Shown in pieces: positions 1 to 10,113 of a stretch of 32,000 bases of DNA. A program made the translations under genes and the position numbers. The notes beneath the pieces are model-generated. The model had not been told where the DNA came from and searched no databases. It worked only from the letters and a program-made list of their open reading frames with translations. The stretch comes from Wigglesworthia glossinidia endosymbiont of Glossina morsitans morsitans (Yale colony). Its GTDB lineage: Bacteria > Pseudomonadota > Gammaproteobacteria > Enterobacterales > Enterobacteriaceae. The number at the start of each line of letters is the position of its first letter. Within the stretch, counting starts at the first letter, position 1. Where the stretch lies: contig NC_016893.1 of assembly GCF_000247565.1 (NCBI RefSeq), forward strand, positions 570,001 through 602,000, in the 5' to 3' direction.

Positions 1-1215
1 GTAAGAGATATGTTTGAACAAGCCAAGAAAACTGCACCATGTATTATATTTATTGATGAAATTGATGCAGTAGGACGTCAAAGAGGTGCCGGATTAGGAG
101 GAGGACATGACGAACGTGAGCAAACATTAAATCAAATGTTAGTAGAAATGGATGGTTTTGAAGGAAATGAAAGCATTATCGTAATTGCTGCTACTAACAG
201 ACCAGATGTTTTAGATCCAGCATTATTAAGACCAGGAAGATTCGACAGACAAGTTATCGTAGGATTACCCGATGTACGCGGAAGAGAGCAAATATTAAAA
301 GTACATATGAAACAGGTTCCTGTTGCTTCTGATGTAGATTCTGCAATTATTGCACGCGGTACTCCTGGATTTTCGGGAGCAGATTTGGCAAATTTAGTAA
401 ATGAAGCAGCTTTATTTGCAGCAAGAAAAAATAATATACATGTATCAATGACAGAATTTGAAAAAGCAAAAGATAAAATTATGATGGGCACTGAAAGAAG
501 ATCCATGGTAATGACAGAAATACAGAAAGAAGCTACTGCATATCACGAAGCAGGACATGCGATTGTTGGTCGTCTAGTACCAGCACATGATCCAGTACAT
601 AAAGTCACTATTATTCCTAGAGGACGCGCTCTAGGAATTACTTTCTTTCTACCTAAAGGCGATATAATTAGTACTAGTAGACAAAAATTAGAAAGTCAAA
701 TTTCTACTTTATATGGCGGGAGACTTGCAGAAGAAATTATTTATGGAATTTCTCAAGTTTCTACTGGAGCATCTAATGATATTAAAGTAGCCACATCTAT
801 TGCACGCAATATGATTACACAGTGGGGTTTTTCTGATAAACTTGGTCCATTGCTATATGCAGAAGAAGAAGGAGAAATATTTCTAGGTCGATCAGTTGTA
901 AAATCTAAACATATTTCTGATAAAACAGCGTGTATTATTGATCAAGAAATTAGAGCTTTGATTGAGAAAAATTACTTAAGAGCTCGTAAATTAATTCTAG
1001 AAAATATTGATATTTTACATGCTATGAAAGACGCTTTAATGCAATATGAAACTATCCACGCTTATCAAATTGATGATTTAATGAATCGAAAACCAGTGCG
1101 TCCACCATCTGATTGTACTGAAACAAAAACAAAAACTCATAGTGCAACAAATCGATTAGCAAATCAAAATCAAGCAAACATTATCAATAAAAGTGTTTTC
1201 AATCAAATTCAATAA
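1..1215 (+). CDS. ftsH: ATP-dependent zinc metalloprotease FtsH, 5'-truncated by window start
   Basis: Frame open from base 1 (GTA AGA GAT ATG TTT..). Contains [35 protein letters not shown], the zinc motif YHEAGH and TGASNDI; downstream folP-glmM order as in E. coli. Confidence 0.98.
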   Translation, partial: VRDMFEQAKKTAPCIIFIDEIDAVGRQRGAGLGGGHDEREQTLNQMLVEMDGFEGNESIIVIAATNRPDVLDPALLRPGRFDRQVIVGLPDVRGREQILKVHMKQVPVASDVDSAIIARGTPGFSGADLANLVNEAALFAARKNNIHVSMTEFEKAKDKIMMGTERRSMVMTEIQKEATAYHEAGHAIVGRLVPAHDPVHKVTIIPRGRALGITFFLPKGDIISTSRQKLESQISTLYGGRLAEEIIYGISQVSTGASNDIKVATSIARNMITQWGFSDKLGPLLYAEEEGEIFLGRSVVKSKHISDKTACIIDQEIRALIEKNYLRARKLILENIDILHAMKDALMQYETIHAYQIDDLMNRKPVRPPSDCTETKTKTHSATNRLANQNQANIINKSVFNQIQ

Positions 1216-1235
1216 AATTAACATCATTAAAGCTT

Positions 1236-2078
1236 ATGCTTACAAAACTAAAGAATATATTATCAAAACCGTGCATCATGGGAATTTTAAATGTCACACC
1301 GGATTCGTTTTCTGATGGTGGACAGTTTACTTGCATAAACAAAGCGATTAATCACGTTCGTTTTATGATAGACTCGGGTGCTAAAATTATCGATGTTGGA
1401 GGAGAATCTAGTCGTCCAGGAGCAAAAAGGGTTAGCGAACTTGAAGAATCAGAACGAGTTATTCCAATAATAGAATATATTTTAAAAAAATTTAATGTGT
1501 TTGTTTCAGTAAATACATCGCATTTTTCTATTATGCAAGAATGTATAAAACTTGGTGTACATATAATAAATGATATTAGATCATTTTCTGAATGCAATTC
1601 GTTACATGATATTATTGATAGCGATGTTATGCTGTGCTTGATGCACATGAAAGGAAATCCAGAAAATATGCAAAAATTTCCACAGTATAAATGTATAAAA
1701 TCAGAAATAAAAGAATTTTTTACAAAAAAAATTTCTTTTTTTATTAATCAAGGAATAAAAAAAAATCGTATAATCATTGACCCCGGTTTTGGTTTCGGAA
1801 AAAATATGGAACATAATTATCATTTATTAGCAAATCTAAAAATTTTTTTAGAATTTCAAGTTCCTATACTTGTAGGATTTTCAAGAAAAGTAATGACAGA
1901 TATAAACAAAAAATATTTGCCAAATAAACGAATTATCGGAAGTATTGTATGTGCAATTCTTGCATGTATTGAAGGTGCATCTATTATTAGAGTACACGAT
2001 GTCCAAGAAACTGTTGATGCACTAAGTATTTTCAATGCATTTATTTCAGAAAAAAATTTATTGCATGGTACATCGTAA
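1236..2078 (+). CDS. folP: Dihydropteroate synthase
   Basis: [50 protein letters not shown] motifs; located between ftsH and glmM. Confidence 0.96.
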   Translation: MLTKLKNILSKPCIMGILNVTPDSFSDGGQFTCINKAINHVRFMIDSGAKIIDVGGESSRPGAKRVSELEESERVIPIIEYILKKFNVFVSVNTSHFSIMQECIKLGVHIINDIRSFSECNSLHDIIDSDVMLCLMHMKGNPENMQKFPQYKCIKSEIKEFFTKKISFFINQGIKKNRIIIDPGFGFGKNMEHNYHLLANLKIFLEFQVPILVGFSRKVMTDINKKYLPNKRIIGSIVCAILACIEGASIIRVHDVQETVDALSIFNAFISEKNLLHGTS

Positions 2079-3405
2079 ATATTTTGGCACAGATGGAATA
2101 CGAGGTAAATTTGGAAATAATCCAATTACTGCAGAATTTTTTATTCAGTTAGGAATAGCTGCAGGCAATGTGTTGTGTAAGCATTCCACTTCTTGTATAG
2201 TCGTAATTGGAAACGATACCAGAGAATCTGGACCGATATTAAAATCCGCATTAGCGGCAGGTCTTTCATGCTCAGGTATTTCATCACTTTTAATTGGAAC
2301 TATACCAACTCCAGGTGTTTCTTATCTGACGAAATTTTTTCAAGCAGAAGCGGGGATTTCTATTTCTGCTTCGCACAATCCATTTAATGATAATGGAGTA
2401 AAATTTTTTTCTAGATCTGGAAAAAAATTATCTAAAATTGTAGAAAATAAAATTGAAAAAGAATTATTAAAATTATCATGTAATCAAAATAATTTATTAT
2501 GTAAACAAAAATATCAGCAAACAAATGGAATTCAGCAGTACTTAAAATTCTGCGAATCTACTATTCCAAATAATTTAAATTTAACAGGATTAAATATTGT
2601 TGTAGATTGCGCTCATGGTGCCACATATCAAATTGCACCAAATTTATTAAGAAAATTAGGCGCCAATGTTATTGCTATCAGTTGTAAACCAAATGGGATT
2701 AATATTAATCATGAATGTGGTACAACGAATATTTTCCCATTAAGATATAGAGTATTAAAAGAAAAAGCAGATTTAGGTATTGCTTATGATGGAGACGGAG
2801 ATCGTTTGATTATGATAGATCATCTCGGTAACATCGTAGATGGAGATCAAATTTTATATATTCTTGTGCGAGATAAAATAAAAAATAAAAAATTTCACGG
2901 AGGAGTAGTTGGTACATTAATGAGCAATATGGGTTTAGAAATTGCTTTAAAACGTTTAGGAGTGCCATTTTTAAGATCGCATATCGGAGATAGATATATT
3001 TTAAAAACGTTAGAAGAAAACGGATGGACGATAGGTGCCGAAAATTCTGGACATATAATTTTGTTGGAGCATTCTTCTGCTGGAGATGCAATTGTAGCAG
3101 GGTTGCAAATACTTTCTATTATTGTACATAATAAAACTACATTAAAAAATCTTTGCAAAGGAATTCAATTATTACCTCAAATTTTAATTAATGTACAATT
3201 AAACAAACAATCTAATCCATTAAAATCTCATGCTGTAAAACGTGTTAGTGCAGTAGCAAGAGAAACTTTAGCAGGTAATGGACGTATTTTATTAAGAAAA
3301 TCTGGTACAGAACCTTTAGTTAGAATCATGGTGGAAGGCACAGAAGCTACTAAGGTAATTAAGCTAGCATATCATATTGCAACAATTGTAAAATCGGAGA
3401 GATAA
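2065..3405 (+). CDS. glmM: Phosphoglucosamine mutase
   Basis: Likely start is the internal ATG at 2065 ([17 protein letters not shown]) rather than 2035; [12 protein letters not shown] phosphoserine loop, DGDGDR metal loop, [16 protein letters not shown]-terminal loop. Confidence 0.95.
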   Translation: MVHRKYFGTDGIRGKFGNNPITAEFFIQLGIAAGNVLCKHSTSCIVVIGNDTRESGPILKSALAAGLSCSGISSLLIGTIPTPGVSYLTKFFQAEAGISISASHNPFNDNGVKFFSRSGKKLSKIVENKIEKELLKLSCNQNNLLCKQKYQQTNGIQQYLKFCESTIPNNLNLTGLNIVVDCAHGATYQIAPNLLRKLGANVIAISCKPNGININHECGTTNIFPLRYRVLKEKADLGIAYDGDGDRLIMIDHLGNIVDGDQILYILVRDKIKNKKFHGGVVGTLMSNMGLEIALKRLGVPFLRSHIGDRYILKTLEENGWTIGAENSGHIILLEHSSAGDAIVAGLQILSIIVHNKTTLKNLCKGIQLLPQILINVQLNKQSNPLKSHAVKRVSAVARETLAGNGRILLRKSGTEPLVRIMVEGTEATKVIKLAYHIATIVKSER

Positions 3406-3454
3406 ATTTGATTTTTAAATTTTATGTTAATTTATATTTTTATAAAGGTAAAAT

Positions 3455-3742
3455 ATGCATATTTTTATATTAATTATTTTTTTATTAATTTCTATTGGAT
3501 TAGTTTTTTTGATTATTATTCAAGATAGTAAATCTTACGATTTACATTCTACATATAATCCATTTTCTAGTAGTATTTTTGGTCAATCAACTTCTACAAA
3601 TAAAATTACAAAAATAACAGCTTTTTTAGCAGCATTATTTTTCATTTTTAGTTTAATATTAGGTAGTTTAAACAGTCACATATCTCATCATGATAATAAA
3701 TGGGAGCGTTTACTAACTGATTCAGATAAACAATTAAAATAA
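3455..3742 (+). CDS. secG: Preprotein translocase subunit SecG
   Basis: Two hydrophobic helices, SIFGQSTSTNKITKITAFLAALFFIFSLILG similar to E. coli SecG; position glmM-secG-tRNA-Leu conserved. Confidence 0.92.
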   Translation: MHIFILIIFLLISIGLVFLIIIQDSKSYDLHSTYNPFSSSIFGQSTSTNKITKITAFLAALFFIFSLILGSLNSHISHHDNKWERLLTDSDKQLK

Positions 3743-3795
3743 GCTCATTATTTACAAAACTTTTAAATGAATAAAAAAATATTGAAATATTTCTT

Positions 3796-3877
3796 GCCGA
3801 GATGGTGAAACCGGTAGACACGTTACTTCGAGGGAGTAATGCCTATAGGCATGCGGGTTCAAATCCCGCTCTCGGCA
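3796..3877 (+). tRNA. tRNA-Leu(GAG)
   Basis: Acceptor GCCGAGA/TCTCGGC, D stem GTG/CAC, anticodon stem TTACT/AGTAA with loop TCGAGGG, variable arm TGCCTATAGGCA, T arm GCGGG TTCAAAT CCCGC, discriminator A; CCA not encoded. Class II architecture like E. coli leuU. Confidence 0.92.
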
Positions 3878-3932
3878 TGATTTTAGCTAAAATCATCTTG
3901 ATTTTTTATAAGTTTTAATTTATATTTACTAA

Positions 3933-4009
<77 letters not shown>

Positions 4010-4205
4010 ACAAATAAACGTTAAAAAACTTAATCAAATTTTACTTTTGCCACTAGATCAGTCTTATTTTTTAAATTGAAAATATACATTTTTTGAATGA
4101 TACAATCAGAAATTCAATAATTTATTCTTTTTTACTTAAAATTAACGATGTTTAATTTTTCAGAAAATATGCTTTAAAGATTTAAATAATTAATAGGCGA
4201 TTTAA

Positions 4206-5690
4206 ATGAATAAAGAAATTTTAGCTGTCGTTGAAGCTGTGTCTAATGAAAAAGAACTGCCAAGAGAAAAAATTTTTGAAGCGTTAGAAATCGCATTAGC
4301 AGCTGCTACAAAAAAAAAATATGATCAAGATATCGACGTAAGAGTTAGTGTTGATAGAAAATCAGGTAAATTTGAAACATTTCGTAGATGGATGATTGTA
4401 GACGAAGTTACACAACCTACACGAGAAATAACGTTAGAAGCTGCAAAAATTGATAATCCCACAGCAAAAAAATTTGAATACATTGAAGATAAAGTAAAAT
4501 CAATTTTTTTTGATAGAATTACTACACAAACTGCAAAACAAGTAATTGTTCAAAAAGTTCGTGAAGCAGAACGAGCAATGATAGTCAATAAATTTCGTGC
4601 ACACGAAGGCGAAATAATTACTGGAATAGTAAAAAAACTAAATCGAGATAGCATCGGGTTAGATCTTGGTAGTCATGCAGAAGCAATAATTAGTCGAGAA
4701 GAAATGTTACCACGAGAACATTTTAGATTAGGAGATCGAGTAAAAGGAGTACTATATTTAATTAAACCTGAATCTAGAGGAGCACAACTTTTTATAAGTA
4801 GAACTAAAAAAGAAATGTTAATAGAATTATTCAGGATAGAAGTTCCAGAAATTGGAGAAGAAATTATTAATGTTAAAGCTGCAGCAAGAGATCCAGGATT
4901 AAGATCTAAAATAGCAGTTTATACTAATGATAAACGTATTGATCCTATTGGTGCGTGCGTTGGAATGCGTGGAGCTAGAGTACAAGCAGTATCTAGAGAA
5001 TTAGGCGGAGAACGAATAGATATAATTTTATGGGATAATAATCCGGCGCAGTTCGTTATTAACGCAATGGCTCCAGCCGAAGTAACTTCAATAATAGTAG
5101 ACGAAGACAATCGTACAATGGATATTGCTGTTAAAAGTGAAAACTTAGCTCAAGCTATCGGTAAAAATGGCCAAAATGTACGTCTTGCTTCTCAGTTAAG
5201 TGGCTGGGACCTAAATGTTATGACATCAGAAGATTTAAAAGAAAAACATCAGGTAGAAGAAGAAAAAACGATCAATTCATTTATTAAACATTTAAAAATT
5301 ACATCAGAATTAGCAACTTCTTTAGTTCAAGAAGGATTTTCTATATTAGAAGAAATCGCTTATGTACCAATTAACGAATTATTATCTATAAAATCTTTAA
5401 ACGAAGATACTGCACAGAGTTTAAAAGAAAAAGCTCAATCTATACTTACCAAATTAGCTTTAAAAAAAGAAGAAAAAAATTTAGTTGCTCTAGATAAAGA
5501 TTTGATCCAATTATCTGGAGTAAATTCTGAAATTGCTTATCAATTTGCAGAAAGAGGTATATTGACACTGGAAGATTTAGCCGAGCAAGGAATAGATGAC
5601 ATATCAGATATTCAAGAGTTAACTAATAAACAAGCCGGAGAACTAATTATGGCCGCAAGAAATATATGTTGGTTTAACAGCAATACATAG
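4206..5690 (+). CDS. nusA: Transcription termination/antitermination factor NusA
   Basis: [28 protein letters not shown]..., [47 protein letters not shown]; C-terminal repeats present, ends MAARNICWF. Confidence 0.98.
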   Translation: MNKEILAVVEAVSNEKELPREKIFEALEIALAAATKKKYDQDIDVRVSVDRKSGKFETFRRWMIVDEVTQPTREITLEAAKIDNPTAKKFEYIEDKVKSIFFDRITTQTAKQVIVQKVREAERAMIVNKFRAHEGEIITGIVKKLNRDSIGLDLGSHAEAIISREEMLPREHFRLGDRVKGVLYLIKPESRGAQLFISRTKKEMLIELFRIEVPEIGEEIINVKAAARDPGLRSKIAVYTNDKRIDPIGACVGMRGARVQAVSRELGGERIDIILWDNNPAQFVINAMAPAEVTSIIVDEDNRTMDIAVKSENLAQAIGKNGQNVRLASQLSGWDLNVMTSEDLKEKHQVEEEKTINSFIKHLKITSELATSLVQEGFSILEEIAYVPINELLSIKSLNEDTAQSLKEKAQSILTKLALKKEEKNLVALDKDLIQLSGVNSEIAYQFAERGILTLEDLAEQGIDDISDIQELTNKQAGELIMAARNICWFNSNT

Positions 5691-5714
5691 TATTTGAAAA
5701 ACGAGAAAAGCATT

Positions 5715-8297
5715 ATGATAAATGTTACTATAAATTCTTTTGCTGAAAAAATGCAAATACCCGTTAAACGATTAATACAAAAATTTGCCGATGCTGGCAT
5801 TAAGAAAACTCCTTTAGACACAATTAGCAAAGAAGAAAAAAAAATATTATTAGCTTATATTAATAGAAAAAGTAATATTTTTAAAAACAAACTAAGTTTG
5901 AAAAAAAAAATACATAGCACATTAAATATTTCCAGAATAGGAGAACCAAATAAATTAATTCATGTAGAAATAAGAAAAAAAAAATATTTGAAATGCGATA
6001 TATCTTTAATTACAAAAAACAAACAAAATAAATTAAATAATTTAAAGTCTTCAGAAAGTTTATGTATTTCTGATATCGAATCTAAACAAAAAATAAAAAA
6101 TGTGTGTTTAGATCAAAAAAAAATGTCTGTAAAAATAAATCAAAATAAAAATGAAAAATCAGTTCATTGCTCAGCAAAACATATTCCTAAAAAGGAACAA
6201 TCTTATTCGGATAATTTTAATATTAATAAATCTCAAAAATCAGAAATCTTAGAACTTAAAAAAGAAAAAAATATAAATATTAAGACAGATTATAATATTT
6301 GCATCGAAGAAACATTGCAAAAGAAAATAAATAAAAAAAATTCATTAAAAAACAAAAATATTAAAAAAGAAAAAAATAGATATGCAGATAATTTTCATTT
6401 GATTCAAGAAGATCACGAAAAATATATTAAAAGAAAACAAAATAATCGTTTATATGTAGTCAATTCTATAGAAAAAACAAAATCTATAGAAAAAAAAATT
6501 TGCAATAAAACAACTCTCAGTACTCTTTCCCATAGTTTTAATAAACCAACTAAAAAATTTTTACGTAATATTACTATAGGAAAAAAAATTTCTATATCAG
6601 AATTAGCAAGTAAAATGGCAATTAAAAGCTCACAAATAATTAAAAATATGATAAAGCTCGGCGTCTTTAATTCTATTAATGACAATATAGAACAAGATGT
6701 TGCACAATTAATTGCCGAAGATATGGGGCATAGAGTAAAGTTAATTCGCGAAAATGCTTTAGAAGAATCTCTTATGCTACTCAACAACGGAAATGACACC
6801 CCTAAAATTTTACCTAGAGCACCAATTGTAACTGTAATGGGACATGTTGATCACGGAAAAACATCTTTATTAGATTATATTCGTACCAGTACAGTTTCTT
6901 TAAAAGAAGCTGGAGGTATCACGCAACATATTGGTGCATATTTAGTTAAAACAAAAAATGGTAATATCACTTTTCTCGATACTCCAGGGCATGCTGCATT
7001 TACTGCGATGCGTGCTCGAGGAGCTAAAATTACAGACATTGTAATTTTAGTAGTAGCTGCAGATGATAGTGTTATGCCACAAACAATAGAAGCAATTCAA
7101 CACGCAAAAAACGCTCAAGTACCAATAATAATCGCAATTAACAAAATTGATAAAAATACAGCGGACCCTTTAAAAGTCAAAAAAGAACTGATACAACACG
7201 GAATTGTTCCAGAAGAATATGGCGGAGAAAATCAATGCGTTTTAGTATCTGCAAAAACAGGAAAAGGAATAGATTTATTGTTAGAAGCGATACTTTTACA
7301 AGCAGAAATTTTAGAATTAAAAGCCGATCATTCTGGAACTGCACACGGAGTAGTTATTGAATCAAGATTAGATAAAGGTAAAGGACCGATAGCGACTATT
7401 TTAATTAATTCAGGTAAATTAAATCGAGGGGATACAATTTTATGCGGTTGTGAATATGGACGTATAAGAGCAATCAAGGATTCATATGGGAAAAGTATTA
7501 GTTCCGTCGGACCATCAATACCAGTCGAAATATTAGGATTATCTGGAGTTCCTATAGCAGGAGATACTACTACAGTATTAAAAAATGAAAAAAAAGCACG
7601 AGAAATTGCAATATATAGGCAAAATAAATTGAGAGAAAATAAATTAAAAAATAATAAAATAAAACATACACAAAATTCATTTTTTAACTCAAAATTAACA
7701 GATAAAAAAATTTATAATATTATTCTTAAATCCGATGTACAAGGCACTTTACAAGCTATTTCAGATTCTTTGAAAAATTTATCTAGTGATAAAATAAAAG
7801 TTAAAATTATAGGCGCAGGAGTAGGTTCAATCACAGAAACAGATGTTACTTTGTCTAAAGCTTCTAATGCAATTTTAATAGGATTTAATGTACGAGTAGA
7901 TATTTTAGCAACGAAAATAATTGAATCAGAAAATTTGAACATTAAATTATTTTCTATAATTTATGAATTAATTAACTATGTAAAAAACAAAATTAATTTA
8001 GAAAATTCTATAAAATCTTGTAAAAAAGTAAATAGTATATTAGAAGTAAAACATATATTTCAATTACCGAAATATGGCACAATTGCAGGATGCATAGTTA
8101 AAGAAGGCATAATTAAAAAGAATCACAAAGTAAAAATATTAAGAAATAATATTTTAATATATCAAAGTAAAATTTGTTCTCTACGCAGATTTAAGGAAGA
8201 TGTGAATGAAGTAAAAACTGGTATAGAATGTGGAATTGGAGTAAAAAATTTTAATGAATTTAATCTTCTAGATGTTATCGAATCCATAGAAGAGTAA
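5715..8297 (+). CDS. infB: Translation initiation factor IF-2
   Basis: ORF track starts at a TTG at 5694, but homology to the E. coli N-terminus ([31 protein letters not shown]) supports ATG 5715. GTPase motifs [23 protein letters not shown]. Confidence 0.96.
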   Translation: MINVTINSFAEKMQIPVKRLIQKFADAGIKKTPLDTISKEEKKILLAYINRKSNIFKNKLSLKKKIHSTLNISRIGEPNKLIHVEIRKKKYLKCDISLITKNKQNKLNNLKSSESLCISDIESKQKIKNVCLDQKKMSVKINQNKNEKSVHCSAKHIPKKEQSYSDNFNINKSQKSEILELKKEKNINIKTDYNICIEETLQKKINKKNSLKNKNIKKEKNRYADNFHLIQEDHEKYIKRKQNNRLYVVNSIEKTKSIEKKICNKTTLSTLSHSFNKPTKKFLRNITIGKKISISELASKMAIKSSQIIKNMIKLGVFNSINDNIEQDVAQLIAEDMGHRVKLIRENALEESLMLLNNGNDTPKILPRAPIVTVMGHVDHGKTSLLDYIRTSTVSLKEAGGITQHIGAYLVKTKNGNITFLDTPGHAAFTAMRARGAKITDIVILVVAADDSVMPQTIEAIQHAKNAQVPIIIAINKIDKNTADPLKVKKELIQHGIVPEEYGGENQCVLVSAKTGKGIDLLLEAILLQAEILELKADHSGTAHGVVIESRLDKGKGPIATILINSGKLNRGDTILCGCEYGRIRAIKDSYGKSISSVGPSIPVEILGLSGVPIAGDTTTVLKNEKKAREIAIYRQNKLRENKLKNNKIKHTQNSFFNSKLTDKKIYNIILKSDVQGTLQAISDSLKNLSSDKIKVKIIGAGVGSITETDVTLSKASNAILIGFNVRVDILATKIIESENLNIKLFSIIYELINYVKNKINLENSIKSCKKVNSILEVKHIFQLPKYGTIAGCIVKEGIIKKNHKVKILRNNILIYQSKICSLRRFKEDVNEVKTGIECGIGVKNFNEFNLLDVIESIEE

Positions 8298-8338
8298 AAT
8301 TGTATTGATTAAATAATTTTATAATTAATAATTTATAT

Positions 8339-8692
8339 ATGTTAGAGAAAAAAAATACTAGAAAGCATCGAATTTCTAAAGAAATTCAAAGAAAAATTGC
8401 AATTATTATACATCAAAAAATTAATGATCCCAGACTAGGAATGTCAACTATATCTGGAGTAGAATTATCTCGAGATTTTTCGCATGCAAAAATTTTTGTA
8501 ACATTTTTAAACAAAAATACACAAAAAAAAATTAATACAAATATATTTATATTAAACAACTCTGCTCAATTTATTAGAAAAATACTTCATAAAAGTATAA
8601 AATTAAGGAATGTTCCCAAATTAACTTTTATTTATGATAATTCTTTGATTCAAGGGGAACGTATTGATAAATTAGTAAGATCAATATATTAA
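8339..8692 (+). CDS. rbfA: Ribosome-binding factor A
   Basis: RKHRISKEIQRKIAIIIHQKINDPRLG...STISGVELSRDFSHAKIFV, KLRNVPKLTFIYDNS; between infB and truB. Confidence 0.95.
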   Translation: MLEKKNTRKHRISKEIQRKIAIIIHQKINDPRLGMSTISGVELSRDFSHAKIFVTFLNKNTQKKINTNIFILNNSAQFIRKILHKSIKLRNVPKLTFIYDNSLIQGERIDKLVRSIY

Positions 8693-8709
8693 ATTTATAT
8701 AGCTTAAAT

Positions 8710-9636
8710 ATGTTGCATAATAAAATATATAAAAATAAGGAAAAAACAAAAAATATAAACGGAATGCTATTATTAGATAAACCTACAGGATATTCTTCAA
8801 ATTATATTTTACAAAAAGTAAAAATTCTATTACAAGCAAAAAAAGCTGGTTATGTAGGAACTTTAGATCCTTTAGCATCCGGGATGCTACCAATTTTATT
8901 TGGAATCACTACTAAATTTTCTCAATATCTATTAAATACTAATAAAAAATATTACGTAGTAGCAAAATTAGGCGAACGAACAGATACTTTAGATGCATAC
9001 GGAAAATTAATATCTATACGTCCAATAAAAATTAAAAAATCTCATATTTATCAGATTATTTCTGAATTAAAAGGCGAAACTTATCAAGTGCCGCCTATGT
9101 TTTCTGCATTAAAATACAACGGAATACCACTATATAAATATGCTAGAAAAAATATTTTTTTGCCAAGAAAAAAACGCAAAATTCATATTTATAACATAAA
9201 ACTAATTAAATTTTCAAAAAAATATTTTTCTTTAAATATTACGTGCTCTAAAGGCACATATATTAGACAAATTGTAGACGATATAGGCGAAAAACTATTT
9301 TGTGGAGCACACGTAGTGAAATTAAGAAGAACTCAAATTTCTCATTATCAAGAAAAAAATATGATTGATATAAATAAATTAAATTATTATCAAACACAAA
9401 ATCATCATTATTTTTATAAATACTTATTTCCTACAGAAACAATAATTTTTGATATTCCAAAAATTGTGGTTACGAATTCAGATTTTATACAAATATTTCA
9501 AGGAAAAAAAATAAATATCTTAAACAAAGAAAGCGGATCCTATCAAATAGTATTAGAAAATACTAAAAAATTCCTTGGAATTATTAAAATAGATAAATTT
9601 GGAAATATTATTTCAAGAGAACTAATAAAAGAATAA
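8710..9636 (+). CDS. truB: tRNA pseudouridine(55) synthase
   Basis: INGMLLLDKPTGYSSN, KAGYVGTLDPLASGMLPILFG (catalytic Asp), CSKGTYIRQIVDDIG. Confidence 0.95.
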   Translation: MLHNKIYKNKEKTKNINGMLLLDKPTGYSSNYILQKVKILLQAKKAGYVGTLDPLASGMLPILFGITTKFSQYLLNTNKKYYVVAKLGERTDTLDAYGKLISIRPIKIKKSHIYQIISELKGETYQVPPMFSALKYNGIPLYKYARKNIFLPRKKRKIHIYNIKLIKFSKKYFSLNITCSKGTYIRQIVDDIGEKLFCGAHVVKLRRTQISHYQEKNMIDINKLNYYQTQNHHYFYKYLFPTETIIFDIPKIVVTNSDFIQIFQGKKINILNKESGSYQIVLENTKKFLGIIKIDKFGNIISRELIKE

Positions 9637-9737
9637 AATAAATTTTCTTGCGATTCGATGAAACTAAGAGTAAACTTAAAATTGAATAATTTTTTACAGT
9701 TTGAAATTAAAAATATTTCAAAAAATTAGGATTGAAA

Positions 9738-10010
9738 ATGCTTCAAAAAGTTAAAAAAGAAGAAAACATAATTTCTTCTTTTACAAAAGAGAATGAAAAT
9801 AATCATTTTAATACTAAAAATCAAATTATAAATTTGACTAAAAAAATTAATGAATTACAGCAACATTTTATAAAAAATAAAAAAGATCGTCATAGTCGTC
9901 GTGGATTGCTAAAAAAAGTATCAAGACGCAGAAAACTACTAAATTACTTAAAAAGTAAAAGTATAAAAATTTATTCTAATTTAATAAGAGATCTAAAATT
10001 AAGAAATTAG
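9738..10010 (+). CDS. rpsO: 30S ribosomal protein S15
   Basis: ATG at 9738 preferred over TTG 9732; [35 protein letters not shown] matches S15; between truB and pnp. Confidence 0.93.
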   Translation: MLQKVKKEENIISSFTKENENNHFNTKNQIINLTKKINELQQHFIKNKKDRHSRRGLLKKVSRRRKLLNYLKSKSIKIYSNLIRDLKLRN

Positions 10011-10113
10011 TTTAATTTTTTGATTAAAACATTCAAATTAAATGCATAATCTAATATACTTAAATTAAATTAAACTAAAATAAACTCTAATAAGAAAAAA
10101 AGGAATTTTTAAT

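Noticed and set aside
132-506. 124-aa minus-strand ORF antisense to ftsH
   Set aside because: Shadow of the conserved FtsH AAA domain; no homology recognised.
1352-1648. 98-aa minus-strand ORF antisense to folP
   Set aside because: Overlaps clear FolP motifs on the plus strand; no independent support.
2193-2387. 64-aa plus-strand ORF in another frame within glmM
   Set aside because: Out-of-frame overlap with the phosphoserine-loop region of GlmM; no homology.
2810-3158. Two minus-strand ORFs antisense to glmM (2810..3091, 2895..3158)
   Set aside because: Mutually overlapping and antisense to conserved GlmM sequence; spurious.
6413-6799. 128-aa minus-strand ORF antisense to infB
   Set aside because: Antisense of a Lys/Asn-rich linker naturally gives hydrophobic Leu/Phe/Ile translations; not a membrane protein gene.
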